From: an uncultured Desulfurivibrio sp.
GTDB taxonomy: Bacteria; Desulfobacterota; Desulfobulbia; Desulfobulbales; Desulfurivibrionaceae
Length of the DNA: 32,000 nucleotides
Direction: 5' to 3'
NCBI GenBank assembly: GCA_964588325.1
Contig: CAZPOR010000002.1
Span: forward strand, 242,919 to 274,918
Shown here: positions 29,347 through 32,000 of the stretch, in pieces
Position numbering within the stretch: position 1 is the stretch's first letter
Layout: each line of letters begins with the position of its first letter
The notes under the pieces: model-generated
Seen by the model: only the letters and a program-made list of their open reading frames with translations
Told to the model about the DNA's origin: nothing
Databases searched by the model: none
Made by a program: the position numbers and the translations under genes

Positions 29347-29649
29347 ATGGACGTTAAAGATTATTGCAGGAATGTGGATACGGAACTCACGGCGTGGAAA
29401 GCAAAACTGTACAACGTCATCCGCCAGATGGATAAACTGCCGACAGGCGACAAGCAGCGGGTGTATGAAAAGATCAACGGCCTGAACATCGTCATGACAG
29501 AGCTTGATGATCGACTTGACCAGTTGCGGACTGCATGTCCAACGGAATGGAGCCCGGCGCGGAAAGAAATCAGTAGTAAGATGGCGGATCTGGGGAGCAA
29601 GTATGAAGAGACAGCGCGCGAGTTTTTCGACTATGAGATCGGCGGCTGA
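29347..29649 (+). CDS. Small helical protein, unknown function
   Basis: 100 aa, MDVKDYCRNVDTELTAWKAKLYNVIRQMDKLPTGDKQRVYEKINGLNIVMTELDDRLDQLR...; ATG 6 nt after GGGGTGG. Confidence 0.7.
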   Translation: MDVKDYCRNVDTELTAWKAKLYNVIRQMDKLPTGDKQRVYEKINGLNIVMTELDDRLDQLRTACPTEWSPARKEISSKMADLGSKYEETAREFFDYEIGG

Positions 29650-29829
29650 CCTCCTGTTTTTTTGTGGGATGCAGGTTGAGTAACAGCATAATTTTAGCGG
29701 CAAACTTCACAGGGAGAATCTCCATGATAACCAGAGGGTCCCGGATTGCAGGGATGACTGCCCGCATCCGGGGCCTGTGCCGACTGTGAGAATTTTTATC
29801 ATTCGCTAGCCACACAAGGAGGGACAACC

Positions 29830-30399
29830 ATGACGGAAAAAATCCAATGGCGTACGGAAATGGACGATGCCCTGTGTCTGGGGCAGAAGGCGGGGAAACC
29901 GATCCTGCTCGATTTTTTCAACCCCAACTGAATTGGCTGCCAACAGATGGATACAGTTACGTATCCCGAAAGCAAGGTTGTCCGGTTCATCGAGGAAAAT
30001 TTTATCCCGCTGCGGCTTTTGTCCGACAGCAAGCCCCATTCGGAGAAATACAACGTCAAGTGGACGCCCACCCTGATAACCTTGAGCCCGGAAGCCCAGG
30101 AACATCACCGGACCGTGGGTTTTTTGGGGCCGGAGGAGTTGATTCCCTCGCTCCTGCTGGGGCTGGGCAAATACCATTTTGAAAATGACCGTTTTGACGA
30201 GGCCCTGTCCCGCCTTGAGCAACTGGTTGACGGGTATGGCCAAAGCGGCAGCGTCCCGGAGGCCATTTTTTTGTGCGGCGTCTGCCGTTACAAGCGCTCG
30301 CATGATCCAAAGCCGCTGAAGGCCGCCTACGAAAAATTGAGCGCGGCTTTTCCAGACAGCGAATGGACCAAGCGCGCCTATCCCTATCGGCTCCTGTGA
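29830..30399 (+). CDS. Candidate selenoprotein: thioredoxin-like protein with UxxC motif, Sec encoded by in-frame TGA at 29929..29931 (codon 34)
   Basis: AAGGAGGG SD (29816..29823) + 6 nt + ATG 29830; translation MTEKIQWRTEMDDALCLGQKAGKPILLDFFNPN[U]IGCQQMDTVTYPESKVVRFIEENFIPLRLLSDSKPHSEKYNVKWTPTLITLSPEAQEHHRTVGF...; same frame continues 465 nt past the TGA. Confidence 0.85.
29949..29966 (+). promoter_or_regulatory. Candidate bacterial SECIS hairpin
   Basis: GGATAC-AGTTAC-GTATCC: 6 bp stem, 6 nt loop with G at loop position 2 (29956), 24 nt between TGA and that G. Confidence 0.65.
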
Positions 30400-30502
30400 G
30401 CCCCTGTTCGCGGAAAAGTCTGGGCCGGCTCGGCTTTAGGCTTTTCCGCCGCCCCGTTTTGTAAACGATTTCCTGCCGCCGGGGGGAGGATCAGGAAAGC
30501 CC

Positions 30503-31393
30503 ATGCAAGAAAACCGTTACGATTGCATCATCATCGGGGCAGGGCCTGGGGGGTTGCAGGCTGCCATCCATCTTGCCCGCTATAACCGGAAGGTCATCCT
30601 CCTCGATCACGGCGGCGGCAGGACACGCCATGCCCTGCATATCGAGAACTATCTCGGTCTTGAACGCACCTCCGGGAAAGAACTTGTTGATACCGGCATC
30701 AGGCAGATCACATCCTTCGGCGCCGAGTTCAGACGCGAGGATGTTGCCTCGGTTCGGGTCGAGAACGGGTTTGTTGTGACTACGGAAAAGGGGCGTTACC
30801 AAGCGCCCTATGCCATTGTTTCCGCCGGCGTTGTCGAGCATCCGCCGAAAATCAAGGGGATGAACAGATTTTTCAGCCGGACGGTTTTTACCTGCGTTGA
30901 CTGCGACGGCTACCGCACCACCGGCAAGAAGCTTGTCATTCTCGGCGATTCCCTCGAAGCCCTGCGCCTCGCCTTTGCCATGCGCCAGATGTTCACCCCG
31001 GATATCATGCTCATCCTGCCGGCTGGTGTTCTGCCGGACGATCATGCCGATTTGCTGGCCGAGGACGGCATTGGTTTCCTGGCCGGGGCTCCTCAGGAAT
31101 TTCTTGGCCAAACAACGTTGCGCGGCGTGAAGCTGGCAGACGGGCGGGAGATTGCCTGCCAGGTGGTCATGCTCAGTTATGAGTACACCGTGAACGATTC
31201 CTGTCTGGCAGGGCTTGCACTTGCGCGGGAAGGCAGCGGCCGCGAGCTTGCAACCGACTCTGCCTGCGAAACCTCTGTTAAAAACCTCTTTGCCTTGGGT
31301 GCCCTCAAGGCGGGCAAGGCCCAGGCTATTATTGCCGCCGGTCAGGGCGCCATGGTGGGCATCGAGATCAACCGCCGGCTGCTGAATCTGTGA
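30503..31393 (+). CDS. Thioredoxin reductase-like FAD/NAD(P)-binding oxidoreductase
   Basis: YDCIIIGAGPGGLQAAIHLARYNRKVILLD; TCVDCDGYRTTGKKLVILGDS (CxxC); VKNLFALGALKAGKAQAIIAAGQGAMVGIEINRRL. Confidence 0.85.
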   Translation: MQENRYDCIIIGAGPGGLQAAIHLARYNRKVILLDHGGGRTRHALHIENYLGLERTSGKELVDTGIRQITSFGAEFRREDVASVRVENGFVVTTEKGRYQAPYAIVSAGVVEHPPKIKGMNRFFSRTVFTCVDCDGYRTTGKKLVILGDSLEALRLAFAMRQMFTPDIMLILPAGVLPDDHADLLAEDGIGFLAGAPQEFLGQTTLRGVKLADGREIACQVVMLSYEYTVNDSCLAGLALAREGSGRELATDSACETSVKNLFALGALKAGKAQAIIAAGQGAMVGIEINRRLLNL

Positions 31394-31434
31394 GCAGCGC
31401 GGCATAAACCCTCATCCCGCACAGGAGGAACATC

Positions 31435-31731
31435 ATGAAACGTCAGGTCGAAATGGAAGAAACCATGCTGCGTGCGCATCGGGAGTTCCTGGAGCATCTT
31501 GAGAAATCCCTCGGCTTGCTGGCGAAGGATATTGATGAAGCCAAGGAGATGACGCATATCTGCACCGATGAGTGGTGTCGGGCCACCGAGGGTGTGCTTG
31601 ACGAGTTGGCCAAGGTCATTTTTGCGGTCAGCGAACCGCGCTGGCTCTCCACGGAAGACTCGAAAAAGATCAGCGGGTTGCGCCATCGCATGCACGATCT
31701 GTACGCCCGCTACAAAGCAGTCAAAAAATAA
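31435..31731 (+). CDS. Small helical protein, unknown function
   Basis: 98 aa, MKRQVEMEETMLRAHREFLEHLEKSLGLLAKDIDEAKEMTHICTDEWCRATEGVLDELAK...; preceded by GGAGG. Confidence 0.65.
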   Translation: MKRQVEMEETMLRAHREFLEHLEKSLGLLAKDIDEAKEMTHICTDEWCRATEGVLDELAKVIFAVSEPRWLSTEDSKKISGLRHRMHDLYARYKAVKK

Positions 31732-31746
31732 CCCCGGGAGCCACTC

Positions 31747-32000
31747 ATGTCACTGGACATCCATTTGCTTATTGGCGGCGAGGCCGGCCAGGGGTTGGTG
31801 ACCATAGGCCAGTTGCTCAGCAAGGCCCTGGTCCGGGCTGGGTATGAGGTTTTTGTCAGCCAGAGCTATCATTCGAGAATTCGCGGCGGACACAACACCT
31901 TTGCCATCCGGCTGGGCGCGGGGCCATTTTTTGCGCCCCGCGTGTCCATTGATATACTGGTGGCGCTCAACGCCGAAACCGTGGCGCTGCATCGGGGGCA
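31747..32000 (+). CDS. 2-oxoacid:acceptor oxidoreductase, N-terminal gamma-type domain (probable fused gamma/alpha subunit), truncated by the window end; not in the ORF track
   Basis: MSLDIHLLIGGEAGQGLVTIGQLLSKALVRAGYEVFVSQSYHSRIRGGHNTFAIRLGAGPFFAPRVSIDILVALNAETVALHRG. Confidence 0.88.
   Translation, partial: MSLDIHLLIGGEAGQGLVTIGQLLSKALVRAGYEVFVSQSYHSRIRGGHNTFAIRLGAGPFFAPRVSIDILVALNAETVALHRG

Noticed and set aside
29724-29789. 21-aa mini-ORF as a leader peptide
   Set aside because: It overlaps a strong hairpin, has atypical composition and no supporting homology that can be judged here.
29806-30303. 165-aa minus-strand ORF (and the 29847..30182 plus-strand ORF) over the Sec-thioredoxin locus
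   Set aside because: Low-complexity, arginine-rich out-of-frame translations with no recognisable fold. The sense frame has a clear thioredoxin-like sequence.
29947-30399. Track ORF starting at ATG 29947 as the true thioredoxin-like gene
   Set aside because: It has no SD, and it would drop the first beta strand and half of the active-site motif. The in-frame region upstream with a strong SD fits the fold much better through the TGA.

Overview
This 32 kb window looks like ordinary chromosome from an anaerobic, Desulfobacterota-like (Desulfobulbales-type) bacterium. That taxonomic guess rests on gene content only. In order, it contains: the end of the alpha operon (rpoA partial, rplQ); a small MpsC/DUF2294-like protein; purE; a SulP permease; a single-chain pyruvate:ferredoxin oxidoreductase; a GAPDH-like paralog; a thiamine-thiazole cluster (ThiS-domain/ThiF, thiS, thiG, thiH); a stand-alone AICAR transformylase; convergent motA/motB with an atypical PilZ-like protein; a group 3b-type four-subunit [NiFe] hydrogenase; rlpA coupled to a nine-heme lipoprotein cytochrome; pyrG-kdsA-kdsC-lptC-like-pyrF; and a small redox cluster that runs off the right edge. 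The strongest non-routine observation is at 29830..30399. A thioredoxin-like gene has an in-frame TGA exactly at the first cysteine position of a CxxC motif (N-[TGA]-I-G-C). It has a perfect Shine-Dalgarno upstream and a bSECIS-like hairpin (GGATAC-AGTTAC-GTATCC) downstream, so it is a candidate selenoprotein that the supplied ORF track truncates. The next most interesting items are a hydrogenase large subunit that ends exactly at the final ligand motif His with no cleavable C-terminal peptide, a ~140-aa insertion in the SulP permease, and a split PilZ-like protein next to motAB. No CRISPR array, tRNA/rRNA, transposase or phage signature was recognised.
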